NCBI GenBank assembly: GCA_000934665.2
Contig: KZ537977.1
Coordinates: 62,001-126,000 of the forward strand
Length of the DNA: 64,000 nt
Origin: Catajapyx aquilonaris
Taxonomy: Eukaryota
Direction of reading: 5' to 3'
Both the position numbers and the translations under genes were made by a program. This document shows positions 37,876 through 52,800 of the stretch, piece by piece. How positions within the stretch are numbered: the stretch's first letter is position 1; every line of letters begins with the position of its first letter. The notes under the pieces are model-generated. The model was not told the DNA's origin, made no database searches, and saw only the letters and a program-made list of their open reading frames with translations.

Positions 37876-40800
37876 GTAAGTGTATACCGCATTGGGTATT
37901 TCCGGGTGACATTCTTTCTTATACCCAGAATATGTCCAGGGGGCCGGGACATTCCGAATGTGGCTTGCGTAAGTTTCTACGCAAAAGTGTATCGTTTGTA
38001 TGACGTGGGAGATGTTTGCGCGTGGACTTGTGGCATGCTAATTGCGAATTTTAGGGCTTTATGAGGGTGTTGATGAATTTTTGCGGATTTAGAGATTAGC
38101 AGGTTCGTGGTGTTTGGTATGTTAGATGTTAGATGTGATGTCAATGCACTTGCGAGGTGAATTTTTAACATAATTTTTAAAACATGCACATTGCGCATAG
38201 TGCAGCACATGCCCTGATATCTGCTAGAATGTCTGTATTTTAATTATTAGGGATTTCTTAAATATGTTTGTGATTGCAATATTTTTCAACCACATTATTT
38301 TGTACATTAACAACTTCGACACTAGAAATGTGATTTTGATTTATATACCGTGTCAGATTTTGACTTCGTCATACTTTATGTTGTAATTTTCCCATTGCTA
38401 AATCGATTTTGTGACTTCATGGAGAGACTAGGTTATGGTGGTTGCTCATCATTGGAACTGCTTTTCCGGACAATTTGTCTTTTTAAATATTTTTCAAAAC
38501 AAAATCATTCAAAGTCATAACCAGCCATAATTACAAGTTACATCATTCATATACCTTTTTGTGAAATGACAGAAACTTGATTAATAAGATGTGTGTCTCA
38601 CAGCGACAATTAGGATGCAAACAAGTTTATCCGTGTGACGCACACTTATTTATGCCACTTTACGTGCAGAGACTATTTGATAACACTTCCACTTCATTTA
38701 CGTAATGTTAATAACGATGACATTTAACATATACACTTGTACAGTATAAGCTGGATAAATGTGTATAGGTTAAGGAAGTTCTAGAATTTCAAAACTAGAA
38801 TCGGTCGTACGTATATGAAAGCAAAATATTTTAATCTGATATTTTCTCCCCAATTTGTGTCCCTTTTGTCATTACAAGTCTGCATTACGATTAATCTTCA
38901 TTGTTCATACACCAGAATGTTATTACCAATACCCGGTGACAAAAATAGGTCGCAAATATTTTACATCCAAAAAAATGTAGGCTACTAGATTACAATGCAC
39001 TACTATAGCAGCCCGATGCATACGGTATGCTTTCTCCCAAGCACAATATGAAACCCCTTGAGCAAGTGGGTGTAAAGTTAAACTTGGATTGGGGGCACTC
39101 TATGCACACACAAAGCCCAGCGAGTGGTCCGATTTGCTCGGTGTTATTGAGGGGGGGTTTGCCTTTCAGCAGGAAGTTGAGTTCCAGTTGACCAAGTAGA
39201 TGGTCGCCATTTCTACTCTAGTTTTCAGTCGGAAAAACAGTTTTAATTGCTGACCAACTTGACCGTTTCCCCTTCTGGTTCTGGACAACTCTTTAGTTTT
39301 CATCGAACCAAGCAGAAACTGGTTTATTGGCCGGGAATTGACGACCAAAGAAACAATCAGTTCACTTGTCGACGAGGTGCTGCCATTGCTTCAAAAAAAA
39401 AAACTTCCTGATGGCCGGTTTGACAGCTTTAAAATTTTTAGAGAAACAAAAGGCTTTTCGCATCATCATTAAAACATTAATCGCAGAATCCCATGCATGC
39501 TTCGTGCATGTATGTGTCGGTGTGTACGGGCCACGTCACTGTCGCCCTTTAAAGGTGTAGTAGGGGCCATGCAATTTGGTTCCTGCGGTGGCCACTGATG
39601 GTCGGCCTCGTGACGTGACTTGCAAGCCCCTTTTCCAGACCTGCAATTAGTCCCCTGCGCTCCCTTTTTCGTCCAATTGCCCCTTCTTCCATGACGCTAT
39701 TCCGTCCGTCCCCAACCGCCATATACCTGATGACTCTGGCCTTTCCCAGGGATTTTCTCTCTCAAAAACTCTCTCTCCAAAAACCGTCAGGGTCACCACG
39801 ACTGTCCCTTTTTTTCCATTCTTTCAAAAAAAAAAGGCGATGCATTGCTTTAGGTGCACTCATTTCCGTAAGATGGTTCGTGCAGCAATAATTATGTTTA
39901 TGGTCGGTGTTTGTGTCGTAATGACAACGAAATTCAAATTCATTTTGACAAGAGCACCCCCCAAAGGGCTACACCGGGGATAAGTATAGGGTAGGTCCTT
40001 TTTGAAGGAACCCGGAGTGCATGTGCCGAAATAACACAGGCGGACCACAGAATCTCGAAAAAGAGTTCATCTCCGGGCTGCTGGTCTCCACCCTTGAAGG
40101 AATTTCTGGCCGTGTCAGCGACACGCTCGGTGTAATTAATTCCTAGGCGTCCCCCCGGTGAATAGGAAGGACAATGCGCATCAATCTGAGCAGTCACGTC
40201 ATGACCTCTCCGGAGACGTCCCTTCGGGTACACAAGTCAATAAAGAAAAGAACGGCTATCGATAAAAGTGACTTCGAACTCGTCACATTTGCATAGTAAC
40301 ATTTGTCGGCAGGGGTCGCGTTTGATGGATTAATAAAACCCGAACCGGGTAGTAAAACGTTGATGCATTAGGAGGCAGCAGTGATACCTTTTATGGTGGT
40401 GACGTGCCACGATATGACTTTGAAGGAAGAGGAATATAAAAAAAAAATGTTGGAAAGAAACAGTAGCGATGTGTGAATGAGGCTTCTCTGCAATTCTTGA
40501 GAGCAAGGACTCCCTAATTGGTCTTCCTTGTCTTCGTTTAGCAGAAGGAGCTGGGTTGTAACCCGATGGTAGTCTATTAGCAACTCTGCTTACTTTAAGT
40601 TAACGTTATTCTCACGCTGAATTTTTTATGAGGGGCCAGAACCCGCGTATCACTAATGAAGTTGAGAGGTGTACGACTCGCTTGTTATTGTCAGTCAGTG
40701 GTACGTGATAATGAGAAGTCAGGAACATTGACCGGCCTTCTGACATTATGCCAACTAGACAAATGGCGAACGGCAACATCTGTTGGGATAATCGTATGAA

Positions 40801-43800
40801 ATTAATTCGACAGGCTCCTGGATAATTTCGAATGATTAGAAATTCATTTCAATATTTGAGTCAAATTCACTCCCGTTGTTGGTGATATTGTTCGTTTTTC
40901 AAGTACACCACACAAAATTTCGTTTTTATCCCATATCTGACTGTACATGTCACTTTCAAATGTGGAAATGAGATGAAATACAGGTCATATCTAGGCGGAT
41001 AGGAATAGCCTCAATTTGATATCAAATAAATAAATATTTTGCACATTTTCTGGATTTCCCCCCCCCCCCCCATTTTTTCAAAAAAAGGCCGCTTTCGTAT
41101 TAACCCGAAACCTGTAAGTGAAGGTGTGGCACAATGGAATTGACTGATTATGGGAAACGGTAATTTTACGAGTTGACTCGAAACACGCAGGTGCAACGGT
41201 ACGTCGGTACACCCAACGCCGCTCTGTCGGGCTCCACCTGCACCAAAGCAGGTACCTTGCCCCAACAGGGTCCATCCTCCTCGGAAGAAGAGGAAGCAAA
41301 CCACACCCCTTCCTGTATTCTCCCCTCTCAGCACCTTTTTGTATATCCCAAAAGGAATTTCTCCTGGAAATGGAGCTGACCCTTGAAGTCAAAAGCGAGC
41401 GGTGGGGAACGGGCGGAACCAGAGGACTGACCTGCCGACCAAAAATCAGGGTGAAGCACCCAACCCCCATTGTTGCAAATTCCTCTTTACGCCTTTCCGG
41501 ACACAAAACTTCGCACGTTTCTCTCCTGGAGCGTTACGTCACTTGGCCACTTTTTTTTGCGACACACCGCAGTCAAAATTGTAGGTTTTTACTGGGTACG
41601 TGATAGTTTAGGATCAGTTTTTTTTTGGCGGGTCGAAAAGCCATCGAATGATCCAGTTATTGCTCCCTTGTATGTGCGATCTCTAAGGGCCAGCGGAGCA
41701 TGTGCAAGTGGGCGGATCAAGTGTTCGTGTTTTCTATGAAAAGGTAATTGCCACCAAATATTTTCATCCATCTTACGGTGGATATGGTGGGGTGACCACC
41801 CGCAAGTGGGAAGCAAAAACCGATTTTTAGGAAGGAAATTTATTTTTTTTGGCAGTTGACCCCTGACTGTTTGAAGGAAAGAAAAAAACATTAGCGAAAG
41901 CTTTAAAAAAGATATCTCTGCGGGAGGTTTTTGTGAAAAATGGCGGAGCAGAATAATTCCATCTCACGTTTCACGTCCTGATGGATGCAAGGGAGGGCAT
42001 GAAGAAGCGACTTATGAAGCGTGGTAGTGGAGATTCCACATAACTGCTACACTTTTCTTTACATATTTTTTTTTGTGTATGTCCTTTTCTGCGCCACATT
42101 AATCATCTGGTGCTATTTGGCGTGCTTGACCATCAAGGCTCAAGAGGTCCTTTTTCCCCAGCGGCCCCTTGAGTCATTAGAAAACCCCTGTACGATGATT
42201 GAATCCAAAGACTATCAGTCATGCTGGTGGACAGCAGCCCTTAAGGTGCACAAGAGATGCAGAATCCCTCGGGGTCGTCCTTTTCTACGTACACTTGCCG
42301 GATAGACACTCTTTGAGTATGAAGTGTCTCCGGGGTCCACGCATCGGCTTTTGTCATGGCGCTTCATTCATCTTCTCCCCTCCCCCGTTCGCAAAAGGAT
42401 TGAAATATGAAATATGGGAAGTTGTCACGGGGCAAAAGGAAGTGACGGGGAGGAAGGTAGAGAGTGTATGTATAAGAGACCTGCGAATGCCGCCCGTGAG
42501 CCGCCAGGGCGTTCCTTACTTTCTGCTCTTCACGCTTGGCGTTTCCACGTCCCTCGAAAAAGCCCCCAAAGGCGCTGGGCTTCAACCTCTTGTGATGGAT
42601 GGTCTTTGTGTCTCGGTCCTGACTGGACGCCAAACAAACAAGATCAATGAAAGTATCCCTCTTTGTGTGGGGGTGGCGATTATATCGATGTACGGAAGCT
42701 ATGGTCTGGATCACGACTACTTTGCACCTTTCTTGGTGGGGTGGTATTAACAATAGATTTTTTTTTTTTTCAGGAAGATTTTTCAAGTTGAAAATTACAC
42801 ATCCGTGAGCAAGCAATTTAAAAAATTTTCATAGCGGAAATTTGTACCACTTGGTAACGGTTCGGAATTTGACAAATATCTCGGATGAGATTCTCACCTC
42901 GTCTGTTTTTCGCGAATTGCTGGGGGATAAAAGGCGTGGTTTTTAGCCTCCTGGGTGAAGCGGTGAGGCGGAATATTTTGCGGGACGATTCTTGTCGGCA
43001 CACTCCAGGTTAACCCAGCATGTTAATGTATGCATTAGGGGCGTAATAAGGCGCAACGCCATGGTAGTAAACCGTAACAGCGAGAGGGAAATAAATAATT
43101 TCCCAACCCAAGCCAAGGGGAGTTGCCTCGCTGCGACTGACGGATCACTAACGATTCGCCTTACACGAAAGGTGTTGCTAAGGTTTATGAAGGATCGTAA
43201 AGTGATGGGAAAACTAAGCGGAGACGGCATGGTTGGCCAAAGTTGGTGCGTACAGGTCATGTACTAAAAAGGAGGGCTTCCTACAAAATGCACTCAGAAA
43301 AAGCGCAATTTGCAATGTTAATTGCACACCAAAAATTCTGGCCTGAAGCTGAATGTTTACGTGCACTTCCTCTTTGCGTGGACTGTAAATAAATGTAAAT
43401 TGCACTTGGCCCCGCCTTTTGAAACTGGTCTAGTTGCGTTGCTTCAACATGTGATTGCCTTGTTAAGTTAACCGAACTTGCCTGCATTTTTTAAAACCGT
43501 GGAATAAAAATGGATGCCATTTATTTGACCGCCGCTCAGCAAATATGAAACAATTTATTATGACGCCAAAAAGCAAGCGCCGCTGTTTGATCATCAAGAA
43601 GGCGTTGCCGCACCATACACACACTTTTTGTCGGCAATTTTTTAAAAGAAAACCATCGCGCATCCCCTTTGCAACACTGATGCTGCCGAATTTATTGGCC
43701 GCAAAGGGCCCTCGGGAACAATAGTTGTAAAATGCAAAAGACAATGAAATGCACCTGAATAGTCGGCTTAGTCCCGTTGATGATGTTGCAGACAAACATC

Positions 43801-46800
43801 CTTTTCTTCATCGCCTATTCAAAGAGATTTCCAAGCACACATTCCCACAATATATGTCATAAAATGCTAAACTATTGCCATAAAACATATGCGCTCAAAA
43901 TTTACGAGCATTTTTCTGTACGGAAATGTGTACAATGTATATCGACCAAATTCCTAGCCGTGCTTCGAGTTGAAACGTTGCTTATAATTTCTGTTACTCG
44001 ACCCGGAGGTGCCTGTTTATTGCAGGGGTGTATGTACTACAGAGGGTGCGCGTGGATATTAAGCCACATCGTTGGTATCTCCCTTCAAGTAAAAAAGGTT
44101 AGCTCGTGTTACGTACGTGATGACACGAAGGTAAATGTGTTAAAAGCATCGCGCCAACGTACGATATGCAGAACCGTATCAGTTGTGCAGCACACATACT
44201 AACATTCTGCTAATTGTACCAGTTGAGGCGCTCGCTTGGTCTTTGAATTACTCGTATACATGTTGTGAACATATACGTTAGGAGTGGAAGAGTCAACATA
44301 TTTGGTTCGTCAACTGCCGATCCCAAGGCTTCTCTCTAACGATCTCTGCCTTGTAATTTGTTAGAGATGCCATCCCGACCTGCCCATCAAGACCTTCGCC
44401 TTCTTCTTAAAAAAACGTCCTGACCGAAATAGGCTCGATATAAAAAGAAGCCCGAAAAAAACCCTGCACTATAAGCCTCCCATGGAAAATTAGCCTTATT
44501 GAAGGTGGTAGGCGGTAATGGTCAATCTCGGCCAGGACTGGTACATGGCACCTTGCGATGCCTTTTGAGCCAAGAATCTGGCCAGTCACGGTCCCCTCCG
44601 CACCTCCTTGTGTCTTCTAACCTCCAGGTCACCCACTTTTTACATCAACGCCCTCTTTTTCTCTCTCCCCCCCCCCCCCTTTCTTGCTACCTGCCTTTTC
44701 ATCCGGCCCGGCCTTTTATTCCCGTCAGAGAGAGTGCAAATCATGCTGCGATCATTAAGACGACAGACGTGCTCTCTCAACCCTCTGTATATATGTACAC
44801 ATACCGCGCGGTATTAAAATGGGTGCTGCTAATATGCAAACGAAGGGTCGTTAATTGGGCTGCATAAGCGACAGGATGTTATAAAGATGGATATCCTCAT
44901 ATGCAGAAGGTGGCAGTGTCTTCAATGTCTTCAGCACAGGGTTTGATTAGGCCATTACCTCCTGCGAGAAGGAGGATCTGTTTCTCATGCCCCGAGCTGG
45001 ATTTGCATAAAGCCATAACCACGGCTGGGCTTCTACCGTATAATCGCCAGGCCAAGGCGGCTTCTGCTGCTGGCACTTCTTCGTTTTGGAGATGACACGG
45101 TTTGGAAGGTCAAGGAGGTGGTTTTTCTTCAGACTGACTCGAGCATTTCCACATCGCGCCAAAAGGGAAGGGTGGGTGATTGCAGCCTTCCCCAACGTGA
45201 TAGTGTAATTAATTAATGTGGGTGGGTGGTGTCATGTATTCTGACCGCGTCGGAAGAGGTCATGGATATGCGAGAAAGTGCACAGGTGTGACCCAACACG
45301 TGGGTTGCGAAACTGCGCTGGTTCCAGTCACCAGCCAGGTCCGATGTATATATTCAGCATGATAGAAACTCTTTTATATTTTCATGGCGTTGTCCGTGGC
45401 GTAGACGTGATCATTACCGAGTTGGCACTCTCAACACGCACGTTGAAAACTCTTTTCCAACATACTATTAGGCCTACCTACCAGCAATTAATCCAGGGTT
45501 TTTCTTGGGGAATGCAGGCAGTGAGTTATGAGGTAGTGAAGCAGCAAACACTCCCAGTGGACACCTTGCGTGGTGCTTCGGTTTCTTGTACGTAACCAAC
45601 TATCACCAAATTGGCCACCCCTCACATTTAATCAGCCGGATTGAGAAATCGTCGGCCTCGTTAGCAGCACCACAGTTGATGGTTTGTTATCGGACGAAGA
45701 AGAAGCCATTTTTGACAAATGCAGAGTAATGCCCCCTTCCATCGCATGCAACTTGTTTCTTAGGACCTGTGTCACGCTCTTCGTGACCTCTTAGGGAATG
45801 TGAAGGGGCCACCTCAAGGGTCATCCTGGCCAACTTGGCATTCAGGACTCTGATCAGTTTTCCTTGTCATTAAGCGGCTTTTTTGTGTGTGAGGCATTCC
45901 ACATGAGGAAAACTGCTGCCTGTCTTACTGTGTGGGAACCAAAAGACGGAGGAATTAAGGTCAGCTAGGAGAGGTGGCAGATGACAAAAGCGATTAGTGT
46001 GTCCTCGCCTTGGCACAAGTCGCCCTTGATACTTCCGCACAATTTTTTTTTCAATCTAAAACGCCAGAAACACATACGAATAATGATAGGCATACGAGTA
46101 TAATATTCCTCCAGACCGGTTTTGGCCTTTTTCCTTGAGTGGATTAATGAGTCGCACTTTGAGAAGACGTTGGTGAATATTTCATCATGATAATATGAAC
46201 CAAGGAGTAAGCAAGGTCGAATCTGTATTATTGCTCCAGTATTTCCGCAAACTCCTTCAGGCTCTTCATACCCAAGTATGGCACACCAACCCACCTTGGT
46301 ATTGATCTTGTCCAAGGTTAGTGGGCACAAGATCTGTTTTTAAATCCGGTCAGGGCGGGTACGAACTGTTGTCATCCGTGCCAAAGAGTGGAGGTCACTT
46401 CATCCTGCACGATTGACTCCTACGGACTGGGCTTGTCCATCGGAGTGACCTCTTGACACACAAATGTCCTGCGGGAAGAAACACATTCAATGACAACTGT
46501 GCGTGAAGATTTAACCCAATTGTCCATCCGTACCGTTACTTAACCTCACCCTGTTTTGCACCACGATTGTGCAATATCGTGCATGATTTTGCCGTTAATG
46601 GAACTTTGACATTGGGACGCTTCGGGGCCTGCTGTCCACCGGTAAAGATACCTTTGTAAGGATGTTGGACGTGCACCGTTCTCTCATATACCTGCAGGAT
46701 AATCAACTTATCAATGCAAATTCTCACCGTCTCACATAATTGATTCAATAATTAAATTCAAATTTGCCCCATGTCCAATCCAATTCTACCGAACGGGACT

Positions 46801-49800
46801 CACAAAATGACAGCCGGCCTCTTAAATTGAGGGTAATTTAGTTGGAGCCAGGTTATTGTCTCACTCTCCCCAGTGCAGTGTAGGTGTGATTACAATATAT
46901 GAATTGGTAATGCACTCCTGTGTCGGTGCGATTAGCCGTTTGACCTCAAATGGCAGGGTGCTAGTATGTATAGCATGTGACCTCTTGAGAGCGTGCATGG
47001 GACAGCCCCAAACCCAGCGTTTTACTTTCAATCTACGTGCTCGATATGTATAAGTTCGGCCTTAAAACACCGACGCCACGGTTAAATGTAAGAGTCAGGA
47101 CTAAGGCGATAAGGCGTGAAATTCGCCAATCCTGTTATTTTCTCTCAAAACAGCGTGGTCCGGCCTGTACTTTGAACCACGGAGGTCCCTAATCGCTGTG
47201 GACTTACAGGGAGAGGTGTATGGCCTTATACAATAAATGAGGTGCGGTCACCCTACTCGGGTTTTTGGGGGGAGACCCGAAACGGGACACTTGAAAAATG
47301 GGACATGTGATATTCTTTTTTGGTCACCATTTGCGGTGTAGAAGGGCCTGGCAGAAGGAGGGCGGTGAGTGAACAAGGAAGCAAAACACATTCTCCTTGC
47401 ACTCTCGGCTAATTGTTCCTCGCACTGCCCGCCCTAATTAGGGATAATGCACTCTTTGGTAAGGGGCGGGGATACCCTTCTCCATGGGGCTAAGAAAAGA
47501 TGAGTGACGTTGCCGGATTTTTTTAAAGGCTTTAATTCGCGGTGGGAAATGTGCGAAATGTTATCTGGACACTTTATCTGCTGAGGTCACCTTGCAGCCA
47601 AGCGAGGTTGGCAACTTGCAAACGTGGAATCTGCCACTTTTGGATTTGTTGAGGGTTTATTTTTGACAGGGTGCCGTCATGCAATTGAATAAACCACTGC
47701 AGGCTGCTAACCTGCTGTAAAATATTTTTTGATATGCAAAAGATTTTAAATCGTCGGTATATACAAAGTGAGACAGTGGATGTAGCTGTGCAATAAGGAA
47801 TAAGCGGGACAGTCCAGCAGACAGTGTCGTGACCTGTGAAAGTCTGCAATAACGGGGCGTCAAGTGGACACCAGGATAGATCTAATCATAGTGTGTCATT
47901 TTCACACCTCGTCATGATATTCACTATGCCGTGTCATAACAACCTTTTCCCGGACACACTGTCCTTTTATTATTATCTGACCCTGTTTTCATAAGATCGT
48001 TAAATTTATATGCGGCACATCCGCCTATAGGCACGTCCTGCACTATTACTATAGATATATGCCTCTCTGCAAACTGATTTCTGGAGAAAACAATCCATAA
48101 TTTTCCCCTTGAACATGGAGGCAATGCATCACTTGTGCGCGTGTGAAATCAATTCCCACCAGGACTTCCGTACAATACTTGTATGTACTCTCAAAAACTG
48201 CGCAACGGTACAGCAGGAGTGTCAGGACTCCCTGGTTCACGAAGAGGTAAGAGGGTGACGATTAAATAAATGGCATGGCGACCCCGTCGTGACTGGACAG
48301 GACGCTTAAAAAGGCGGGAAACAGCACGTGTAGTCCGATGCTGACACGGGCCTCAATACAAGGCGCCACAGTTACTATCAGCCCCATGCAGCCATGCCCG
48401 CCTCCAAATGGCGATAATTCGGAAATAAACGTCAGATTTAACTGCCGTTGCATCTGCTACAACACACCCACCCAAATCAGTCAGTCCTTGTCACATGCTA
48501 CCCACGGTCGTCTAGTGACAAACTAGTTAAGCTGTTTTTCCTGTCCTGTTTTTTCCCGAAAACTAGTGACCGGAGAGGTCAAGATATGGCTGTCAGCGCC
48601 AGGTCATGCCAAAATGGAGGCATGCTTATGGAGCAAGAGAGCGTGATGGGTTCGGGTGGGTGGTTATTACGGCCCGAGATTAAATTCCGACCTACCTCAA
48701 AATTCCTGTGTGTACACGCAGGGTGACTAACCTCTACTTTATTGATATCAACCCCTCACATACGCACGCAATGGTGTCGAAATTTCGAAAATTCCTCCCA
48801 AAAAATGGTGTTCCTTTAACGACAGAACCCTGCAGTGAATCTAATGGGTGTTCAGTCGGCGAGATGTGAAGACTGTTTTTTGATCAGCCCGCGGGTCCAA
48901 TAAGGGTATGAAAACTTTGTCAGACGATGGATAAAACAGGAGCCTAAATCAAGTTGGCTTTACGACTTGATGGAAGATGATGGCAACACGTGTAAGATGG
49001 CAGGGATAAAGTCCGAAAAGTTGGGGGTCGTGTAATAAGATTTGGAGCGATTAGTGCGGTTGAGCGAGTTGGTACAAAAGGATAGGATGATCCCTATGGC
49101 GATCGGCCATGCGAGTGCTTTACACCTCCGGAAGATCCATCACCAGTCTCAGCAGATTAAAAAGCCACGAAGCCGTTTAATTAACGTGAGGTGCTCCTAA
49201 GGGGGGAAAGTAGTAAGCAAGCAAAGCGGCTTCTGCAGATGGATAGATGGAGCATGCAGATCCGCACGAGAGAAAATGTCCTTATCTGCACTCTTTATGA
49301 GCCTGCATGGTGATTTATGGGCTTGTAATGGAAACATTCCGCATTTATGGCACGGCCCTTTTTTTAAAACTACAAAAATTCCGGAGTCTTAATATTTTTC
49401 CCAAGGCGCGATGGATTGAAAGCGATGGGATGAAACTGGTCGAGTGCTATGGAATGCTGCTGATTCCAGGATGTCGCATGATTCCCATGGGACGCATCGG
49501 ATCATCAGGAATCCCAGGTTTTATGTATCGGAGAAGCCTGAATCGCGGGTCACTTTGCCGCTTGAGGAGGATTCCCGTGACGACAATTAACGTCTCTTAA
49601 GACGAATGCTCCTTGCATTATGTCTGCATTAGTCCGGTTCCGCCACTGATAAAAACTGAAGGCGCAATGATGCTACAAAAAAAGAGAGGAAAAACGGAAT
49701 AAGTATAGTTGTACATGACGGCTTTACGCATGTGGGAATCGGTAATAATTTATGAGTACAGTATTAAGCGGCCAGGTAAAAATGCCAAACTGGTTGTGTA

Positions 49801-52800
49801 GTTGAGCGGGAGGACAATTGCAAATGATGCAGAGGCCGCCGAGTAGCAATTTGTTAATTTTAACGGCTCTAATATTCGACCTGTTGGGCCTCGGGTCGTT
49901 TGCAGCAAAAAGATCAAAAATCTACATGCAATTATCCGGCATTGCCAGCCACTGCGACTTAGATTCGCAAACAATCAAGTACTGCATATAAGAAAAGAAG
50001 TGCGCACCTACGCACTCATACATTTGACATTAGACATGACTGATCTGCGTTACTGCGTCATTTTCTTCGTCGAACAACTGGTATGGATTACACAAGTGTG
50101 TTATTATTAACCACACTGAAGGTGGGCAAGTATATAGGTCTATAGAATAATTTTTCGGAACTCGTTTGGTCAATTATGCGGATGATTGGCTGACCAGGAA
50201 AATTAGTAGACACTATAATAAATAAAGGTCACGTTGCGTAATATTTTGTATATTCAAAGATCTCAAGGTAACCACTTATTATTGCATATATGCATATTAT
50301 ACGCTCGTGACATTGAAAATATGCATAAGTGCAATAAAAGTCAATTTGCATGTAGATTTCTGAATAATTTTTACTTAACATTTCCAATAGGTGGATGTAT
50401 AGGTCATTTATAAACAGCAACCAGAATCAATGATGACAAGTGAACTGTTGCTTATTTTAAAACAGGTTGCCGGAGTAAACAATTCGCAGCTTCTTGAACT
50501 GAGAGACGGGCAGTGCATCATCCTGCAAATTTAGCTCTGTCATACTTGAGAGTATGCTAATTAATAAATAAGCAAAATTTCTTAGAAATCTAGCCCTCGT
50601 AAATAATACAATTACTTCCCTGGTAATTAATGACGCAAAATATCTCAAGCCGACATTGTCACAAAGAGACACACCAAGAGCACAGTTTTTCGAGACAAAT
50701 GCCCCATGCGTGTAGCAGAGAACAAAAGGTGTTTCTCGTCATATTCTTCAGGCGACTCCTTTCTCTTTCTCAAAGTGTAACTGTTCAACATTTCAAGGAG
50801 AAAAGCCACGAAAATTATGGCGTTGGAACTGTTGTTCTGTCGCGTCGTCTCGGATAAGTGTTTGGACGTGAAAGGCAGGGCCGCCTAATGAAGAAGGATC
50901 GCAACTAGCAAACCCCCAGCAAACGGTCATCTTCTTCCCTCCGCCCTTATACAAGATTGCCCAAAAAGCCAAACCAGCAAAGGTTCCGGAAGAAGAAAAA
51001 AAAAAGTTGTACAGATGGAGGGAGGCATCAGTCACATCCATATTTCTCCTTGATTGATGGACTTAATTAGGTATGAAACCTTCTCTGGACAGTTGTGACA
51101 GCAAAATTCATTCAGCGCGTTATGCCCCTTCCGCTGCCAAAGAAAGAGAATGATGAGGATTTCTACCGAGCATGAGCTTGAGATTGGTTATGTCAAGGTC
51201 TGAGGCTAGAAACGTACCATTTCAATGTACGCCAAGTAATTAGCCCAGCAACAATGTAAAAATCCTTAAGAATCATTACAATACACCCTGCCAAGTTTGC
51301 ATAATTTTCAGTACGTGGCGTGGGATTGCGCACAGTAGGGGCTTATCCTTCGAAAACTAATACCGGGCAAGTAGTGCCTGACATATACGACTACTTCGTA
51401 CCACCTTTTTACGCTGGCGGTAACCTGCATAAAAACAAGAGGGGGGCACGCCTTCATTGCGCCGTAAAAGACGGTGACAGTTCCAGTTACTGCCAAAGTA
51501 GTAGCTGCTGCAGTAGTATTTTTTTGAACTCATCACCTGAAGAATGTGACGGGAACTAATTCCACTTGATTTTATCAGAGCAACGTATCTTGGTGGGGGC
51601 AAAAATTATTCAGGTTTTGGAGCAGTTGCAATTAAGTGTATAGTGTGATGGAAAGTTGCGCAATCAGAAGAGGATATGCCCCGCCATTTTCTCTACAAAA
51701 CGGAATAAAAGTGGAACGAAAGCCAGGAAATAGGGTAAGGCCCAGAGCAATTTCCTGTTTTGGGAGGAGAAAGGCGGCGGCTGGGCAAAAAGAACCGTCC
51801 TTTTTAAAACATCCTTGCCGACAGACAGCCTTGGGATCACGCGAGTACGACGACCATCCGCCAAACTCGTTTCTGATATTGTGTAAAAGTCCTGTTAGCC
51901 CCTTACACGATGCTTGCCATTTGACCCGGGTCCCCCGCCTGCCATTTGGCGTTGAGAGAGCGACATCTGCGCTTCAATTTCACGGATAAAAGCCTCGGGA
52001 CAATATTGACGTAATCAGCGCATCTACGTACTGTACCGGCCACGTACCGCCTGTCGTGTCACGAAGTACACTGTGCAAAAGTGGGCTGATTCAACCTGTA
52101 AAAATCGTCCATTCGCAACAAAAACACACGTTGACCTCCTGCTGTATTTCTGTGCATAAAACTGAATACATCTTGTGAATCCAAGACTTGAGGCGCAATT
52201 TCTCCAATTTCGACATGGCGCAGGGTTTTAACCCCACCGACCCTGCCGGGCATTCCGCGGTGATTAATTACTTATTGTGCTTGACTAAACACATTTCGAT
52301 ATTCAACTTTTCCCCATTGTCTCCAAGAAAGAAAACTTGGTGCCCTCCCGCCCTTTTGCCTGTGGAAATGCACCTGGACTCCCCTCGCCAATAGTTTGCA
52401 GAATCGTAATAAATCACTGTGTACAATTGGCACTTTAACTGTATGCTAAAAGTAACACTACAATTATGATAAATAGACAATTGCAGTGGACTGATTTACC
52501 AATTCGTGATTCTTAATTTTTTTTGTCAAAAAAATATGGACACTAGTAGTACACTTGTTCACCGATGTGTTGCAAACCATTTGACTCGCGATAATGCAAA
52601 GCAGCGTCTCCGCCCAGAAAGAAAGCGGCAGTATGGAAGATGGATTGCCGGCGTGAAGCGGGCCATCCAGCTGATCCGCCGGATCGCTGGAAAGTCACAC
52701 CACTTGGGGCGTCGACCATTGGATGTCTATGTAGACCACACGGCATTTCGGGGCAGAAGCTACTGGTGGGCTCTTCATTCAGAATGGGCTTGTCACCAGC

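Noticed and set aside
42199..42750. 183-aa + strand ORF in intron 1
   Set aside because: Non-ATG start, no domain, no convincing splice sites or codon bias.
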